Shown: in pieces, positions 61,863-64,000 of the stretch
How positions within the stretch are numbered: position 1 is the stretch's first letter
Layout of the letters: every line of letters begins with the position of its first letter
NCBI GenBank assembly: GCA_963771045.1
Contig: CAVYRW010000001.1
Location: forward strand, 2,211-66,210
From: Waddliaceae bacterium
GTDB taxonomy: Bacteria > Chlamydiota > Chlamydiia > Chlamydiales > SLFE01
Direction of reading: 5' to 3'
Length of the DNA stretch: 64,000 nt
Position numbers and translations under genes: made by a program
Notes under the pieces: model-generated
The model's input: the letters and a program-made list of their open reading frames with translations, nothing else
What the model was told of the DNA's origin: nothing
Databases searched by the model: none

Positions 61863-63068
61863 ATGGAGAGTCTTAAACATGCACATCACGGAAGTGTTCT
61901 GGGCAGTGCGCTGCTGATCGCCGGATGCTGCATCGGTGCGGGTATGCTGGGGCTTCCTGTTCTGAGCGCGCATGCGGGATTCATTCCGAGCTCGGTTTTT
62001 TTCTTCCTCGTATGGCTCTTTATGATGACAACAGGCCTTCTTCTTCTTGAGGTAAACCTTTGGTTTAAAGACGAGGATGTCAGCATTATTTCGATGGCGG
62101 GAAGAACGCTGGGAACTGGCGGGCGGATTGCCGGCTGGATCTTGTTTTGTTATCTCTTTTATTCCGTTATGGTCGCTTACGTAGCGGGCAGCGGCTCGCT
62201 TTTTGCCGGTGTGGCGGACGACTTTGGACTCATTTTGCCCAGATGGCTAGGGAGTGTGATTTTTACGGTTTTTTTCGGCGTGCTGATCTACTTTGGAACC
62301 GAAGCGGTCGACTGGTTTAACCGCTTCCTCATGATCGGCCTTGTCGCGTCCTATTTTTCTCTTTTGTTTTTTGGGGTCGGTTATATCGAGCCTTCCCTAC
62401 TAACAAGAAGCGATTGGCCTGCCGTCTTGCTGGTCATTCCGGCTATGGTCATTTCCTTCGGCTACCATAACCTGATTCCCAGCCTGACCACCTATCTGCA
62501 CGGGGACTCGAAAAAACTGATTGGAGTGGTTGTTATTGGAAGCCTGATTCCCCTGGCCATTTATCTGGCTTGGGAGTCTTTGATTTTGGGGATTGTGCCG
62601 ATAGATGGTTTCCAAAAAGCTTTGGACAGCGGCGAGATAGCCACCCTTGCTTTAAAAAATGCCGTTCACTCCAAAACGGTTATCCTTCTTGCCCAGCATT
62701 TTGCTTTTTTTGCCCTTATCTCTTCGTTTTTAAGCGTCGCTTTGAGCTTTCTTGATTTTCTTGCCGACGGACTGCACATCAAGAAAGATGCCAAAGGAAA
62801 ATTGACTCTTTGCCTGATGACTTTGACGCCGCCGTTTATTCTCGCGATGATTTACCCGGGTATTTTTCTCGTAGCGCTAAGCTATGCGGGAGCCTTCGGA
62901 GCGGTTATCCTTTTCGGCATTATGCCGGCTCTGATGGTCTGGAGAGGCAGATATCGTTTGAAAACAGATACTATACGCATTGTCCCGGGAGGGAGGACGG
63001 TCCTAAGCCTCATCATCGGGTTTGCCTCATGGGTCGTTCTTGTGAATTTATTGGAGGTCGTTTCGTGA
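61863..63068 (+). CDS. tyrP: Aromatic amino-acid permease (TyrP family)
   Basis: GSALLIAGCCIGAGMLGLP and SFGYHNLIPSL motifs. Confidence 0.9.
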   Translation: MESLKHAHHGSVLGSALLIAGCCIGAGMLGLPVLSAHAGFIPSSVFFFLVWLFMMTTGLLLLEVNLWFKDEDVSIISMAGRTLGTGGRIAGWILFCYLFYSVMVAYVAGSGSLFAGVADDFGLILPRWLGSVIFTVFFGVLIYFGTEAVDWFNRFLMIGLVASYFSLLFFGVGYIEPSLLTRSDWPAVLLVIPAMVISFGYHNLIPSLTTYLHGDSKKLIGVVVIGSLIPLAIYLAWESLILGIVPIDGFQKALDSGEIATLALKNAVHSKTVILLAQHFAFFALISSFLSVALSFLDFLADGLHIKKDAKGKLTLCLMTLTPPFILAMIYPGIFLVALSYAGAFGAVILFGIMPALMVWRGRYRLKTDTIRIVPGGRTVLSLIIGFASWVVLVNLLEVVS

Positions 63069-64000
63069 AATATGCAGGTAAAATCTTAGGGGGCGTCTTG
63101 CTTGTGGCGGGGACGACCATTGGAGGAGCTATTCTGGCTCTTCCCGTCACTGCCGGGTTGTCAGGATTGTTTCCAACCCTGTTGTTGTTTGTCACCTATT
63201 GGATTTTGACGACATTTTCCGCCTGCCTTTTTCTTGAAGTGGATCTTTGGATTCCGGATCGGCGGGTCAACATTATCTCTATGGCGGGGGCGACTCTCGG
63301 CAAATGGGGAGAAGTGGTGTCGTGGATCCTCTACCTATTTCTTCTCTATACTTTGACAACAGCTTATATGGCGGCAAGCGGCCCTTTGTTTGTGTCGTTT
63401 GTGTCCTATATGACAGGAATCGCTATGCCCGCTTGGTTCGGGCCGCTTCCATTGATTTTGATTTTTAGTTTTTTTGTCTACGAAGGGGCCAAATATGTCG
63501 ATTATCTGAATCGGCTTCTTATGTTCGGCCTGGTTTTTACGTACGTGGTGCTCAGCTCCTGGCTTCTGCCTCATATGGACTTTGATCTGCTGACGAATCA
63601 GAATTGGCGCTTTCTGCCGCTGGCGGTTGCGATGGTGGCCACATCTTTCGGCTATCATATCATCATCCCCACTGTGACCCGTTATCTAAACCGCGATGTG
63701 AAAGCTTTGATCACGGTTATTTTGATCGGGGGGGCTACCCCTTTGATTATCAATGGCATTTGGGTGTTTGTCACACTAGGCGTCATACCGATAGGAGGAC
63801 CAAGCGGCCTGATGGAAGGATATATTCAAGGGAAAAACGCTGTTGAACTGATTATCACCCATCTTGGCAACTCTTGGCTGGCGGGTGCAGCTCAGTGGTT
63901 TCAATTTTTTGCCATTGTCACCTCATTTTTAGGGGTCTCCTTAAGTCTTAGGGACTTTTTGGCAGACGGGCTTGGCATCAAAAACACCGCTGCGGGAAGG
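63065..64000 (+). CDS. tyrP: Aromatic amino-acid permease (TyrP family), runs off the window
   Basis: GTG start overlapping the upstream stop; GGVLLVAGTTIGGAILALP, SFGYHIIIP and TSFLGV motifs; no stop before the edge. Confidence 0.88.
   Translation, partial: MKYAGKILGGVLLVAGTTIGGAILALPVTAGLSGLFPTLLLFVTYWILTTFSACLFLEVDLWIPDRRVNIISMAGATLGKWGEVVSWILYLFLLYTLTTAYMAASGPLFVSFVSYMTGIAMPAWFGPLPLILIFSFFVYEGAKYVDYLNRLLMFGLVFTYVVLSSWLLPHMDFDLLTNQNWRFLPLAVAMVATSFGYHIIIPTVTRYLNRDVKALITVILIGGATPLIINGIWVFVTLGVIPIGGPSGLMEGYIQGKNAVELIITHLGNSWLAGAAQWFQFFAIVTSFLGVSLSLRDFLADGLGIKNTAAGR

Noticed and set aside
1-64000. CRISPR array, cas genes, rRNA or tRNA
   Set aside because: No regularly spaced repeat-spacer array, cas motifs or recognisable structural RNA genes were seen by eye.

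Overview
This looks like a chromosomal segment from an environmental chlamydia (phylum Chlamydiota). The evidence is a long tandem-domain ThyX, a chlamydial-type sigma66 RpoD, a long SdhC, glgC next to a metallophosphoesterase, three TyrP permeases and F-box proteins. Housekeeping blocks are: copA-batA-batB-TPR-acnA-batD, glgP, glgC, a class II RNR with tandem NrdR boxes, a wza/wzc/rfb polysaccharide locus, mreC-aspC, rpoD-dinG-sixA-sdhCAB, thyX and tyrP. These alternate with AT-rich accessory patches full of IS elements (IS5/IS903, two IS66 copies, ISAs1, and IS982, IS3 and ISNCY remnants), several MITE families and candidate host-effector genes. The most unusual items are two discrete mobile cassettes with target-site duplications, each carrying a small gene bracketed by its own inverted simple repeats: an IS903-type element with a GxxExxY nuclease-fold gene (11332-12895), which disrupts an F-box gene, and a 395-bp transposase-free cassette with a four-helix-bundle gene fragment (37634-38028). 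Also notable are a 10-bp-phased operator-like array upstream of an AAA-wHTH gene, a candidate effector ending in FPPPP/DPF/LLIDF motifs, and an ISAs1-disrupted qNOR. Many single-base frameshifts, including in the essential rpoD, suggest sequencing or assembly indels. No rRNA, tRNA or CRISPR array was seen. All family assignments come from recognising motifs by eye, with no database search.
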